Source: Amoeboaphelidium protococcarum X5 (lineage: Eukaryota > Fungi > Aphelidiomycota). From it: a DNA stretch of 64,000 nucleotides. The stretch is taken from contig JALDTO010000154.1 in assembly GCA_023515725.1 (NCBI GenBank), forward strand, positions 248,001 through 312,000, written 5' to 3'. Position numbers and translations under genes: made by a program. Positions 26,238 through 41,137 of this stretch are shown here, one piece after another. Under the pieces are notes generated by a model that saw nothing but the letters and a program-made list of their open reading frames with translations, did no database searches and was not told where the DNA came from. Positions within the stretch are counted from its first letter, which is position 1. Each line of letters starts with the position of its first letter.

Positions 26238-28400
26238 ATGCTGACAATGTAGTCCTCACTGGATTCTGGTATGAAGACGGAATAGTAGTAGCGTTAAAGT
26301 TAGAACGAGCAGATTTGTAATGGTATCAATGTATCGGAGAGTATTCATGGTGATGTTGAGTAAGCGCAATAAATGTCTATTACTAGCAAAGCTCTCAAGA
26401 CGTTTGAATTAGTACATGAGAATGAGTATAAGGGAGTTGCCGGTGCTCTGGCTGTGCACGAGTCTATGAGATGCCAGTGCACGGCCTCTGATGATTGTGG
26501 AGATGATTGCATTAATCGCCTAATGATGTATGAGTGCACAAAGTGTTTGCCCGGTGATAGGTGCAAGAATAGACGATTTTAAAGAAAGTAGTATGCACCT
26601 ATAGAGATTTTTGATGCCGGTGTGAAGGGGTTCGGTATCAAGACGCTAGAAACTTTAGAGGCGAATACTTTTGTGATGGAGTATGTGGGTGAAGTTGTGT
26701 CACTGGAGGCATTTCAGAGACGGACCAGGCAGTATGAAGCAGAGGGTCTTCCCCATTTCTATTGTATGGCGCTGCAAAAGTCTGAAATGATTGATGCCAC
26801 AAAGAAGGGTGGTATTGCACGATTCCTCAACCATAGTTGTAATCCGAATTGTGTTCTGTAGAAATGGGTGGTTGGTAAGAAATTTAAAATGGGAATTTTT
26901 ACCAAGCGATTCATACCAGCTATGACTGAGTTGACATTTGATTATAAATTTGAGCGATATGGTGCACCTGCTCAGACTTGTCATTGCGGGGAGCCTTAAT
27001 GTAAAGGCACTATTGGTGTAAGTAAGAATCAGTAGAATGGCGCAGTCGCTTAATAGTCTGCTGATGCTTATGATGAATACGCCGATTGGGATTTTGATGA
27101 TGAAGCTGATTCATAGAAGAGTAATGGAGATTCTAATGGTGTTAGATAATCAAAGAAAGATCTTGCTGGATTCTAAAGCTCGGAGCACGTTCTTAAAGGA
27201 ATCAAGATTGTTACTTAGTCATCTTAGGATAAGCTCCAGGGTAAGATTATAAAGTTTCTGGATAAAGTGCTCGCCACTGAAGATGACAATTGTCTCCGGC
27301 AGTTTATGTACTTTAATGGACTTGCTCTGCTGAAGTAGTGGTCATCTCTCCTCAATTCGCAGCAGTTTGCAATGGTCAAAATCATTTAATCGTTTGACAA
27401 GCTACCTATTGCCACTTATAACACGATTTAGGATTCAGATCTGGTGTCAATGCTGGATGATTTGTGTCAGACTTCAGATTCTATTGTTGCTGCTCTCGCT
27501 CAGACACTACGATAAAAATGGAATAATCTTCCTAAAGTTTACGTTATTCCAAAATCTGAGAGATAAAACGTTGAAATGTCAGATGATGAAGATTAGAAGG
27601 ACTAAAATATGTCGAGTGTTGATGAATCTTAGAATGGTGATGGTATCAAGTCTCCAACGGCTGGATATGACATGGTGAATACAAGTTTATCGTCCAAGAA
27701 TTAGCAGAGATAATAGCAATAGCAACAAGAGCTGCCTGCTGGATGGGCAATGGCATTTGATTAGATGGGCGTCTATTATTTGCATTTGGAGAGTGGAGGT
27801 CGATAACGTGATTTCCCAACTGCATCTGATGCTCCTGTGTCATTTTTCAGCGGAACGTTAGGCGGCAATATGGATATGAATGGTGCTTAGACAGACTCTA
27901 ATAGAAGCAGTGTCACCTATATTGACGGAGTGTCGTAGGATGCTCTACAAGCCATTCTTGATCGTGCGCAACAACAATCCTTAGAGGAGGAGAGATTAAG
28001 GAGGGAAAGACTCAAGTTGCAGAAGGCCAAAAAGCGTAAGTCTGAATCTTCTTCACACTCTTCCGCTCCACATCGATCATCTTCATCCAAGTTGAAGAAT
28101 AACTCTACTGCTGAGGATTTATAAAAGACTCAATAAGACGATGTCATAGTTTTGGATGTTGGAATGAAGCAGGAGGTGCGTGAGGAGATTGGTCAGATTG
28201 TGGTGAAATATCTCAGTAAATACAAGGCCAAACTGAGCAATGAAGACTTCAAGAAGCATGCCAGGAAGATTACTCACTTGGTCATTGACAAGGAAAGCCG
28301 TGATAAGACCGTGATTGCTCTAAATGAGGAGACTCGGCATAAGATCAGAAAGTTTGTGGATAATTACGCATCAAAGTTGTAAGCCACTAGCCATCAATGA
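26238..28400 (+). CDS. SET2: Histone H3K36 methyltransferase
   Basis: AWS (CGDDCINR), SET ([23 protein letters not shown]), post-SET, WW (LPAGW) and SRI ([10 protein letters not shown]). Confidence 0.93.
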
Positions 28401-28550
28401 ATTTATATATGAAGGGTCCTGTATATACTGCAATGATCCTTTTGAGTTTGGAGTATGGAAGAGATATTGAAAAAGTTGAATTATGTTTAATAGAAAGTAT
28501 TATTATGAGTAAGAGGTATCAAACAAGCTGTACAAACTACAAATACTATA

Positions 28551-29887
28551 TCAAGGACACTTCTTATCAACTACGGTCATTCCGCCATCTTCATACTCTG
28601 ATCTAGCCACCCACATTGACTGGAATGTGCCGAGAGATGACAGGATAGAGCCACCGATCCAATTGCCAAATCTCCTCTCTACACGATTACCAGAAGCATA
28701 AATCTTGATTCTCAATCCTGGAATCAACTGACCCAGTTCCACGCTCAATCTCTCTGCAAACTGATCCAACAGGGAACCACCACCGACGACAATCACATGG
28801 CTCAATAGCTACGGGCGCACATCCTAATCGCAAGCATTCAAAGAATTGTACACCAGAGTAGCCACACCTTGAAACTCGATGCCATCGTTATCATGATGCC
28901 CATTAGCGTCACCGTGATGATGCGATGCTGCCAGTACTTTAGGCTAGAATAGCATCTCACCGAATTTAAATCTCTCTGCACCAAACGTACTATTGTATCC
29001 ATCTGGGAATTCATACGAGGTGGTGGGACGCATTGCCAGAAGTTGTGGATCGTATCGCGCTGCAGATACAGCACATACACTCTGTTTAAAATCCTCAACT
29101 ATACGCATCTTCTCGTGGTGCTCAAAGCTCTCCGTGACTCCGTTCAATTTCTTCAGGGTCAAATCTGGCTTAGTTCTCACGTCGACAACCAGAGCCTTCT
29201 TCTTCTCAATCTTGAATCTTGGTGTGAGATTCAGCTGTAATTCAGAAGTCAGATGTTCATATATTCTGGTATTTATCGCATTTCCAGCCAGGTCCTGATG
29301 AACGGCGCCTTTAGTGAGGACGTAACCTTCATACACCGGAGTAATTGTGGTCAAATCTGCGCCAACGTCAATCACCAGTCCAGATGAACGGCCTGCAGCA
29401 AATGCAGCCATAACAGCTGAACGCGCAAAATAAATCGCTGGCACTTGGTACTACTTTATCAGAAGATCAGCCACCTTCTGCCGCTCATCAGCACTATTAT
29501 CAGACCGCTCCACCACCAAGACCGGATACTCTGAAATGGTGACTCTCATCTACTTTATTGCATACTCCCACAACTTTTCATACAGTTCCCACTCAACAAC
29601 TACAAAGAACTCGGATACTTTTAAAAAATTAATATTTTGAATGGAGATACAATACCTTTGCCATTAACAACCACCTTCCGCACTTCCATATTCTCTCTGA
29701 ATTAATTTGCCTAATCTCCATAGAAATACTGGGATTCCATTCCACTATCCACTACTCCGACTGCAGTTGGAATCACCAGGCGTGGTGTGTCTTCGCCGGA
29801 ATAGCCAATTCTGAATGAGCTTGAGCCTACCTCAACCACAAGAGCCTGGATATCGACACTCTGCACAGAGTTATTTTAATTTTGCAT
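28551..29887 (-). CDS. ARP4: Nuclear actin-related protein; exons 29887-29656 and 29599-28551
   Basis: GYSGEDTPR, YEFPDGYN, ERRFGNWIGGSILSSLGTFQSMW, KKCP; a 56-nt GT-AG intron at 29600-29655 restores the frame. Confidence 0.9.
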
Positions 29888-30171
29888 TTACTTCGAAGAC
29901 TATTATGCAGACATTTATTGCAACTACTACTACTACAAGTTTACCATGGTCAGCGATTTAACTGCTAAATAAATGCTTTGAGGAATGAAGACGGACGGGA
30001 TTTATTTACGCTGAAAGTCAAGAGAGAACGCCGCGCGCTCGAGCCTGGCTGGTCAAAATACACGGTGTACATCTGGATGCTCCATGCATGATGACCCATG
30101 GTTTATGATAGTAAGAAAGATATTCAATCTAACATTTGAAAGCTCATAGATTTATCTAATGTCCTATTTCA

Positions 30172-33100
30172 TCATTCTATGCATACAAGACATTTGGGTT
30201 TTGCTGATTTGGGAAACTTGAGTTCTAAATCTTGTTCATTGTAGAGGCGCTCGCATTTCGGACACTGGAATACAGAGCCCACCTGATTATAATCCGCATG
30301 GAGATAACATTTAAATTTCACTGCACTACCATCCGCTGATCTATGCCTGAAAATTACTAGTTTTGAGGGATCTAAGCTCTATAAATCTTAACCGGTAAGA
30401 ATCTTGCTCACGTTAATCGTGGTAGATTTTCGCGTGGTCGACGGCGGCTTACTCTGCAGTAGTCTTAGAGCCTCTCCATCGTAAATATCTTTATCCCATC
30501 TTAATTCAGTTAGAGGTAAAGAGTCAAATGTCGAGCTGCACAGAACGAGAGATTAACCGCAGTTCTCACATTAATACTGATTGAGAGTATTCGATTGCGC
30601 CAAGTTCTTCAGATCCAGACAAATACTATTCAAGTTGGCACAGTTCCAGCACGAGAGTTTACATAAATCATCATCATCAACATCTCCGCCATTTTGTAAG
30701 CCATTTCTTTTAATTTGCTATCTACAGAGTAGAGAATTGTACTCAACCAAGTCTATATACGAGGGATCTAGGAATAACTAAGGAGTGACACTACATAATG
30801 ATGATGCATACCGATTAGCTTTAACTTGTATCGCCAAAGAAAGCAATTCAGCATATAGTTTACTTTTATTTATCAGTTATGGAAACCAGCAATAACTCTG
30901 ATTATCAAATAGCCACTTTGCAGCACGGAATTTGTCAAGAGGGATGGATCTCTTATCACTCATAACATCGTTTGCGTGATAGAAATCTGCGATCACTTAC
31001 AAGCGAGTGACATCCCCTGCGACATTTAAATCCTTATTGTTCAGTTCATTAGCCCTCAACTCTGTAAGATATAATTCATTGTACAGCTTGGCCAATTAGC
31101 TAATTTATTGCAAAGCTTCGCATTATTTGACAAACGATCTTAATGCATTCCGAATCGTTTCAACATTACGAATCTTTCTGAGCTATACTACAGCATCCAC
31201 ATAGAAAGCCTTACTTTGGAGGTGAATGGCATACTTGTAATATATATCGTCCCTTCTCTCTGGTACCAAATCTAGATACTTGACTGCTTCAACAAAATTG
31301 CCATCATAAATACATATGTCAATCACCTTGCTATACTCAGAGATCATCTTATACAATTACAGCGCATTTTGCTTGGATCCACCATCTTGCAAAATTTACG
31401 CGGCTTCTTTAATAACATTATACTGCGATCTATCAAGCTATGAGCAAAGATCGTGTAAGAGTTAGTAGTTTCTGTGATGCTTACAACTAGTCATCACGTC
31501 TTCATACAACATCTCGCTCCACATTTTCCGTAACTTTTACTCATCTTATTCCACCGTATGTGCAGATATAGGAGTAGTTTTAGACACTAAAGGATCAGAA
31601 ACCGCGGGACCAAGATTGACTGAACTACTCTCCCGCAATGTCATATGGGAGAAATTCCTCGAACTCTACACACTTCCTCGATTGCTGTGTAACACGACAC
31701 CTTGCAATTATTACAAAGCTTTCTGATCGCCTGCCCTTTCACAAGCCTTCTTCAGTACCGCATAATCTTCCTTTGAACATCCAACTTAAAGCGCAAACTT
31801 ACTAGCCGCCACCACATCATTCTTTTGCAAAAGATGCTTCAAAGAATTGGATTGACTAATTGAATGAGTTTACACTCCATCATTGGTAAGATGATACAAC
31901 TCTGAGCCACTAAAGCCAACAACATAACCGTCGAACACCTAAGTCTCTATCAAATCACTTCCCAAAACTATGTGAGTCTTTTTCGAATTGGTTGAGTATC
32001 CAAATTGATTACTAACTCTAGTATTAAAAGCGATGCTAGTTGCCTTACTAGTACTTTAGTATATAACAGTTTTATCAGATATCTAAACGACTATTAAGTC
32101 TCCGCGCTCATTAACAACGCCCACAACAGACTTATCAGCATTTAAATCCACACATCGTATAGAGTGCCCAGAATGATAAAGCTCTTATAGATTAGCATCA
32201 TTGACATGAGCCACACAAACTTGGCCATTCTTAAGTCCAACTAGAAGGCTTTCATCGGATTAAGTATCTGCACTTTCTTATGGATAAGCCTTGATGTACC
32301 TCACAACAGCATCCAGGTTCCATTACCTGATCACTGAGCCGGTAAAATCAACAGCCATCAGGACTTTATCCATGCAGAGCACCAGAATATCTTTTAAAAC
32401 AACGATAAGGTTACAGTCAAACTATTTGGCTATTTTGCTTTGCAGTACATAAGTCAATTAATCACCACGACTTTGTCCACTAGTTTGTAGCGTATACACA
32501 AGAATCTTGTCCGAAAGTTGAATGACCAAATAATTCTAATATAACGCAACCTTCTTTACCAGCTCCCTGCACTTGATTCTCGATCTCTAATGCAAAGTCA
32601 AGTCTTGAATTACCACATCCGTTAGACAGTCCCTAAAGGCATAGCGATTCTAATAAATAGCATGAACAGTAGAAAATGATATCTAAAATAGCTAAACGAA
32701 GCCTTTATCTGTACCAACTAGAGCTGACTTATCAAACACAGTAAAAGAGGATATAGCATCAGCAATCTCAGCAACATCCTAAACTTTATAGCCATCTTTG
32801 GTCCAAAGTTGTAAGCGATTATAAGCGGATTTGCACAAGAAATACTAATTGCTCCAACCAAATTCTACAGAGCTAGACTTGAAATCCAGTTTAAATCTGC
32901 TATCACCCACCTACTTGAACTGACTGTCATATATCATAATTCTGCACAAACTGTCAGTGGCATATAATAAAGATTAATCGCCAGTTTATATCCACTTCAA
33001 GTTAAGGATACCTGACAATTGTGACTTTAATGTCCGAGTGGTATCTCCATGTACATTCATAATAACAATACTACCACTCTTATACCCAGCCGCAAATAAA

Positions 33101-33543
33101 GTACCATCACTGTTCCATGTAGCACAACTCAAGTCAGTTTTACAATGAACCTCGACCAAATCTTTCGCCGCACCACCCCAGATTATAATATCTCTAATAC
33201 TAGCACTCAGCAGCAGTCCATTCTTGTTCCAGTGGAGAGACTTGATGGAATTCTTATGGCAAAACTCTGTAATTATATCACCACGAGTTGTATCATATAT
33301 GACCACTGATCCATCCTTACAGCCAGCTGCGAATCTATCATTCCACTTACATACAGCTAGACATTCGATGTCAGATTGCTGACTTGTGTATTGTTACAAT
33401 ACTCGACCGTCCGCAGAACTTAAGCGCTTGATATTGCCACCAAAAGTCACCAAGAAACTATCACCTTCATTGCCAACAAACTCCAGACAACCAACATGAT
33501 CAGCATCTGTTATCTAAATCTCCCATTACTGATGCAGTTTCAT
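30172..33543 (-). CDS. IFT122: Intraflagellar transport protein 122 (divergent)
   Basis: WD40 N-terminus; [35 protein letters not shown]; C-terminal Cys motifs; 1123-aa single frame. Confidence 0.82.
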
Positions 33544-34282
33544 TTGAGTTAGACAATATGATAATAATAAGTCTAGTTCAACTTGTAAAATGGAGACTCA
33601 AAGTGCATAGAGAATATGGGAAAGAATGGAAGTGATCAACCGTTTCAAAGCTAAAGTGAAACAAAATTCATTCCATGCTGGTAGAAAAAATATTCCTCCG
33701 TTTCAAGGCAGAAAACTGAAAAATAAAGCAAATCTATAGAGACATTGAAGCGGTTGCTGTTTGCAGTCTTGCTTGGAGAATAATGTCATAGTTCTCAAGT
33801 GACTAGGCTCGTAATGTTGCGTCTTTTATGCATTTACGATTTTCAATATGGGTTGAGAGTGACTCCGCAAGGCTGCTCTGAAAGCTCTTTAAGCTCTGCT
33901 TTGAGATTACTGTTTTGACTACCAAACAAGGTTTGAATAACGTATTACGTAAAATGACAAAATATATCAGCGAAAGTGTTTTAACGAAAACTCTTTGTAA
34001 TATTAAATCTACTTTGGAACAGCTGTGGTAAATGAAAATCTCATTCTGGATTTGAAACGCCGGCGCATGATTTTCAATCGATCGCTCATCGGTCTGTGAT
34101 CGTTTCAAGTGCCGGCCATCTGGATCCATCAACTCCACATCAAATACGACAATGGGCTTTATGGTTGTTGAAATTGCGGGCTCTGTTTGATCGATGTACT
34201 CCACCCTATAAAGCGGTATATCACGCTATATGGAATTTTACTTTCAATACTTACATTATAATCTTCTATAGTGAAAGTGATC

Positions 34283-35614
34283 ATGATGACGCTATTTCAA
34301 GCTAAACGATCCGTTTCAACATCTATGCGTGGTCTGATGGCATCGCTGTCATCTGTCGGTAATCCGTAAGGGAAATTGGTTCTTGTCGGTAGTGGTTGGG
34401 GCATTTATAATCTACTAAAGAGCATTGATACTTAGAACTATGATGTGCATCTGGTGTCACCAAAGAACTACTTCACATTCACGCCGCTCCTTGCTTCTAC
34501 CTCTGTCGGTACGTTGGAGTTCCGATCGGCTATCGAGCCAGTGCGCGTCTCCGATCGTATCACTTTCCACCAGGCTCGTTGTGACAGTATAGATTTTCAG
34601 TCTCGCAGTATCCAATGCTCCTCAGCTCTTGATGATTCTACTCAGAGTATTAGTTTTGATAAGCTCGTAGTCGCTGTCGGTGCTCAAGTCAACACATTTG
34701 GTATCCCAGGCGTGGATAAGTATGCACACTTCTTGAAAGATATCAGCAATGCTAGAAGTATTAGAACGTAGATAATCAAGAATCTGGAACTGGCCTCTTC
34801 TCTTCAATGCACCACAGCTGAGCGAAAGCGTCTGTGCTCATTTGTAGCCATTGGTAGTGGTCCGACTGGAGTTGAATTTGTGTCCGAATTGTATGATTTG
34901 ATTTCTGATGATGTGGCGCGAAAGTACCCCAGTCTGATGAAAGACATTGAGATTTCCATTTATGATGTGGCACCAAGAATCTTGCCATCTTTCGATCCTG
35001 CTCTCAGCAATTACACTACAAAGTTATTCACCGAACGTGGCATTAAAATCTGCACTGGGAAAGCTGTGACTGAAGTTCATTAAAAGTACTTCAAATTAAA
35101 AGATGGATCAGAGGTTCCATACAGTCTGATGATATGGTCTGCTGGATTGTCGCCAGTTGATCTGATCAAATCTATTGATCTACCAAAGGATAGAATGAAG
35201 CGTTTATACACAGATGACAATTTACAAGTGCTTGATGCGGAGCAGTAGCCAATCTCTGGTGTCTATGCGTTAGGAGATTGTGCGGTGATCAAGGATAATG
35301 ATTTGCCGTGTACAGCGCAAGTTGCCAGACAGAAGGGAAAGTATTTGGCATCGCAACTGAACTTGAAGGCCAAGGCGTTGCATGATCAACTTTCCCCATT
35401 TGAATATAATCATCGCGGCAGCATGGCATATGTCGGTGGACACAAAGCTGTGGTGTAAATGAATAAAGGCTAGTTGTAATCAGGCACTCTTGGCTGGTTG
35501 ATATGGCGCGGCGCGTACGTTGGGATGGCCAACTCCCTGCGCAACAAGATTAAAATCTCCACTTATTGGATGTTAACTTGGCTTTTTGGACGAGAGATTA
35601 GTCATTTTAATTGA
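34283..35614 (+). CDS. Type II (alternative) NADH dehydrogenase, mitochondrial
   Basis: GSGWG, FTFTPLLASTSVGTLE, GSGPTGVEF, YALGDC, TAQVARQKG, WLFGREIS. Confidence 0.93.
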
Positions 35615-35770
35615 AATATAAGTTGAAAAAACTGATTGAGAAAATTACTTTTAAATTTCCTATTGTTTTGCAGATGAGGAATTCTCAAATACTTTTGCTT
35701 TAGAGAGCTAGCTTTGAACCGATTTTCAATATTTTTTATCAGACTTATAGGCAATAATTTTACCGGAGAG

Positions 35771-36940
35771 ATGAAAGTCAAGGTATCGCTGTGTGAAGAC
35801 AAATAAACTAATATTTTATAGCTACCATCTGGATAGCTTACTAATGATTTAAATGTATTTGAATTCTAGAAAGCTGGCGCCATAAGTGGCAAAAGCACCA
35901 GTAATGATGATGTGGTTGTGCATGCAGAAAATGAAAAAATTGAGCTGACTGGCTCATCCGAGGCATCGAGTACAATAGCGCCACATACCCGATATGCCGT
36001 ATGCGTGTATGATAAGAAGACTAAATCCTTATTTATCTTGCCACCGACGCGTCTGATTGATATGCAGCTGACCGTGAAGAATCTCAAGGCTATCGCTATT
36101 GAGCAGTAGGTGGAGACGCGCGTATCAAGCACGTTAAAGCGTGATCTTGGATAGGCATTTGGTACTAGAAAGTCGTAGTCAGCGATAAACTCCTATGATC
36201 GCGGTGTTATTAATGTCGGCCAGCTGCAAGGTGTGCAGAGTCATTTAGAGTCTGCAATTGATGAGAAGGCTGGAGGATTGCGGACAACGCAGTAAATTGA
36301 AAATGACAGTAATCTGCACTCGAGATTACTGCCGTAATTCGATACCACGACTGATAAGTAAGATTGTGTGTTCAAATTGGAAGATATGATTCCTAAAGAT
36401 GACTTTGAGCGTATCCCACTCGATGTCGATGTGAATGATGCACGTCTACCTACTCATATCAAATCTAAATTACGCGTCGCTAAAGAAATGGATGATTAGC
36501 GCAAGATTCGCTTGTGTGTTCTAGTTGTTTATCTGATCCAATTCAGATCTCTGACAAGTTTTCAACTAAATGATAAATCTTATTGGTAGTAGAATTTGAT
36601 ATTTCCGATTCCTCAGCCAGTGGACGCGCTCTTGTTTGAGACTTTTACAGAGTGGCATCAAATCTCATAAACTGGTAAAAGTAAGCGTATGGTCAGTACC
36701 CAGAATAAAGAGAAACTCACAAACTATATCGCTATCCTCTGCTTGATGATTGACAATTTTAAAGTTGAAGTTTCCTCTCTGGCCAAAGATTTGCAATTGA
36801 CCGGAACCAAGTGTATCGATGTGTTCCGTTCTTGTGGATGCGCCGTGGAGTACGCTGTTATTGACGGTCAGAGGAAGAAGGTTTTGAAGCTGTAAGCTCC
36901 TATTCAGTTCCCAAAAGCATCTAGAGGTAGAATGAGATGA
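35771..36940 (+). CDS. RPA49: RNA polymerase I subunit A49
   Basis: YAVCVYDKKTKSL, DLGQAFGTRKSQSAI, KLTNYIAILCLMID, KLQAPIQFP. Confidence 0.82.
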
Positions 36941-37007
36941 AGTGATATCACTAGACTTTATTCTTTTGATAATTGTTATCAGTTAGATGGATGCTATACT
37001 TACATTA

Positions 37008-38558
37008 TCATTAGATGATCTTATGAAGGCTTGATTCAATTTCAGTCAGACTTGCTTGTTTTCGCTAATACACCATTTTTATAACAGATCCATCTATCGA
37101 TTGTTGTTGATAATGCCCATCTTCTTACAGAACAGTATCTTTATTCATTGATACATGATTGCGTTGAGCTGCGAACCAGTGATCATCTTTAGACTTTATA
37201 TACATTTCACAAAAACTATTTCCATTAGCGATCGATTATAAATGATGATCCTTGTTAATAAAATCATACAATTGTCTGAGTCTACAGCTGACGCCCTAAG
37301 GTATATCAGCTGAACCGTCTTTACCTATCATCTTTAGCTCCCGGCTATCAGCAGAAACTATGAATCCGTGATCGCACTTTACTTTACTATTAGACTCTTA
37401 TAATGGCTACAATTAACTCAATAGCGGCTTAAATAACTGCACGACTTTTCCAAATATATCGCTCTAATTAGATTCCCCACGCACGGCTAAATACACAGTA
37501 AACTATCCAAATTGCACCTTTTCCAGTCTCAACTTCTCACCCAGTAAGTAAACAACATTCTCTCGCAATGTCAATGAAGATTCAGAAGCATTTATATTAT
37601 TACTGTTCCCAATGCAAAATTAGATAAAACAATACAAACTGGCAGAGATGGACGGACTGAGATTAGACCAAACAAATTAGACATAATTACGAACAACCAT
37701 CAAATGTCTAACATCTTCTATATCAGATTATAAGATATTGAACGCAGAATAGAACTTCAATACCTAATGGGAGTCTAAATTCATATATGTCTTGTAGTTA
37801 CCAAAAGATATTCCATCAATCTACCGCTATGCTCCATCTTATACTATGTCCTAAAGCAGACTCTCAACCATGGTATCATAAAACTATCGTATATTCACCC
37901 AGTCAAGTCTTGATGAACTATCTACATCGCCACAATATAAGCGGAGTAAAGAGTTTAGTAGATCAAGTGCGTTACTAATCAGCACCTGATCCACAGACTC
38001 GGCACTAAAATCAACTTTATTTGAATTTCCAGTGCTGGCTGACGCACCTTGATGCTAAACATTTCGTTACGACGATTGAGACTACTACTACAGCAATTGA
38101 GATGATGACAAAGTACTCTAATAAACCGTAAATCCAAGATTAATATTCAATACCAATGTTAAACTTTTAGTAAGTTTGCGTATAAATATCATGTGCTTCC
38201 CTGTGCGTATGCATTAAACTTCAGAATCCGTTTCACCATCATTAACAGCAGCAGCATCCACACTAAAATACTCATTAGTCATATTCTAAATAGCTTGCAC
38301 CAGACCAATATGCTTCAATCTATCTTGCACTGTAAAAGTTGGCGGATAAAAGTACTGAATAAACTCATCGCCGTCATCATCCTCAAACTTATTATGCTAC
38401 TATTATTATTACTGTTATTATTCGCCACTTTCCTATTTAATACTACTCTACAAACTATCACCAATATCGACCTCTTTCTCATCACTCCCATCACGTACTT
38501 GATCATTCGAATACACAGCCAAAAAGAATATGCTAGGCTTGGATGACAATTACTCCAT
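37008..38558 (-). CDS. CCZ1: Vacuolar fusion protein CCZ1-like longin protein
   Basis: QYFYPPTFTVQDRLKHIGLVQAI longin motif; C-terminal KQASLTEIES; 516 aa with a TAR-encoded polyQ tract. Confidence 0.6.
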
Positions 38559-39138
38559 AACTAGGTAGACTATAAATGTTTTAAATTATTTATTCAGGCT
38601 CGAAAACTTTATATGGCACAAAGAGAACCACTACTCTTACAGTGAAACTGAACTTTGGATATAGACTGTAAGGGGGCGAAGAAGAGAGCGAGGAGACATC
38701 GCTGAAAGACGCAAGTCACTCTGTTGTACTGCACTACCAAACAAGAGTAGTCATGAAGCATGATAATTACCTATTTTCTTGATTCAGAGCGCGTTTGATA
38801 GTTGTTGCATGTACTTCATTAGAATTTTACAGTCGCTTTCGCTAGAACTTTTAAAAAGCAGTATGCCGCATCGATGAAAGTTGAAATTGTGTAGAAAGAT
38901 GTACACTATCTGATTTGATTTAATCTAAAAAAAGTCACAGAAGAATGTCAAAATACAGCATTTAAAGAAGCTTGTAGGCGGTTAAGAGCCTGCAGATGGA
39001 GGATTACCGTTCTCACTTTAAACTCAGGGGCCATGGCCTGAAAAAGAGTCTCTCTCCTTAAGATGTTATACGCGTAATCTGATAAGAATTTAGCACGATT
39101 ATAACATTTAACTGCTATATTGCATTATTTTCAATACA

Positions 39139-40815
39139 ATGTCATCCAAATTGCATATAAAGAGGGAGGCTATCAGAGAATCGTTTGAGAAATGGAACGC
39201 GTCTGCTGATATCAAAAGCGCCATCTAAAATCCCCAGTACGATTAAATCCTGTCTGCTCAATGTGCTGATATTACAAGCAAGATATTAGCCAAGCAATGG
39301 ACCGCCGTTGAGGTTGTGAAAGTTTATTGCCACAAAGCTTTAGAAGTGCACAACAAGATCAACTGCCTGACTGAGATTATGTTTGACCGTGCACTGCAGA
39401 AGGCGAAAGCTTTGGATGAAGAGTTTGCCGCCACAGGTAAAGCGCGCGGTATGTTGCACGGCGTACCGATATCTATCAAGGATCACGTTGAAGTAGCCGG
39501 ATATGATTCCACCTCGGGCTACTCAAAGTTTGCTCTTGATAAATTTGAGAAAGACGCGGTCATAGTCTAGCTGTTGGAGGAGTAGGGTGCTATTCCGTTT
39601 GTTAAGACTAACGTGTGCCAGTTTATGATGACATTTGAGAGCAGTAATCCGCTCTATGGTAGAACTGATAATCCGCATAATCCGGATTACGTGTCTGGCG
39701 GGAGTAGCTCAGGTGAAGGAGCTTTGATTGGTGCAGGTGGTAGTGTTTTGGGTCTTGGTGGGGATGTTGCTGGTTCACTGCGAATTCCAGCTCATATGTG
39801 CGGTATTTACACGTTGAAACCTTCTTACGGTAGATTGCCTTTGACCGGGAATTCTCATTGTGGTGCTGATGGAATGCACGAAATTTTGCCCACGTTTGGC
39901 CCAATGGCACGCTCTATTAATGATTTAGAGCTGTTCATGAAGGCAGTCATTGACTTGAACCCGCATGAAAGAGACCCATTGACCACCTTCTATCACAAGC
40001 CGTACACTTAGGTTGACTTTGGAGATAATCCTTTAAAAATCGGCTATTACACCCAGAATGATGTACTCACTGTGTCACCTGCTTGTGTACGTGCAACCGA
40101 AATTGTTATCGACAGTTTAAAGAAGCAGGGTCATGAACTGGTCCCTTTTAAAATCCCAGACTCGTTCGATGCATGTAAGAAATTTTACTTATTCGTAGGA
40201 GCTGATGGCATGAAGACATATTTGAGTGACTTGAAGTCTGATCCACTGTAACCGGAGTTGAAACTTTTGATGGCTGCTTTCAGAGTGCCGACCTTCATCA
40301 AGAAAGCCGTAGCATTTCTGTTGAGACTGTTTGGAGAAGAACGTGCCGCTGAACTGCTGTGTTCAATGAAAGAGATCTCAATCTAGGAACTGTACGCCTT
40401 GTAACACGAGTTGTTCTTGTATAGAAAGAAGTTTTACGACTACTGGAACAATTCTGGGGTGGACTTTGTCGTTGCTCCAGGCTTCCCGTTCCCTGCAACT
40501 CCGCATGGCTCTTTCTCGGATACCTCGATTGCCGGTTGGCACACTGCGCTGTACAACTTTGTCAATTTCCCTGTGGGAGTACTGCCTGTGACTAAAGTTG
40601 ATCGCAATCTTGATCAATTTCAGAACGTGTCTATGGTAAGTAAGGACCAGAAAATGGATCTGTTGGAGAAGTTTGCGTATAAGCATTATGACGCTGACAA
40701 GATGCATGGGCTTCCTGTTGGTGTCTAGATTATTGGCGGATACCGTCAAGATGAGAAAACGCTTGCGGCAATGAAGGTTGTTGAGAAGGCTTTGGTCAAG
40801 CACCGTGTCATTTGA
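39139..40815 (+). CDS. Amidase-signature family protein (FAAH/acetamidase-like)
   Basis: HGVPISIKD, SGGSSSGEGAL, GGDVAGSLRIPA, GLPVGVQ. Confidence 0.93.
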
Positions 40816-41137
40816 GAAATGAAAGTCTGTCTGAGTTTAAACAACGCGTTAAAACCTTTTATTAATTAAGACCTTTTAATCGTATTCTTTTCGCACATGT
40901 TTATCGAATAGTAGCGATTCATATTTGATCCATTCAAGACATATTTATTGTTTAAGAACAAGTCAAAAGAGTGAAATGAATATGAGATGTTGGATTACTA
41001 TATGTCATTGCTAAACGTTTAGGGATGATTTTGACTGTCGTTACGATTGTTCCCCAATAATTAAGTTAAGATTTCAAAAGCATATCACGGTCAAAACGAT
41101 AGTATTATATTAGAATTGTCAATTTTAAATTCAAAAA

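Noticed and set aside
33803-34204. 133-aa ORF between IFT122 and NDH-2
   Set aside because: No motif and no internal TAR-Gln codons; lies in a divergent promoter region.
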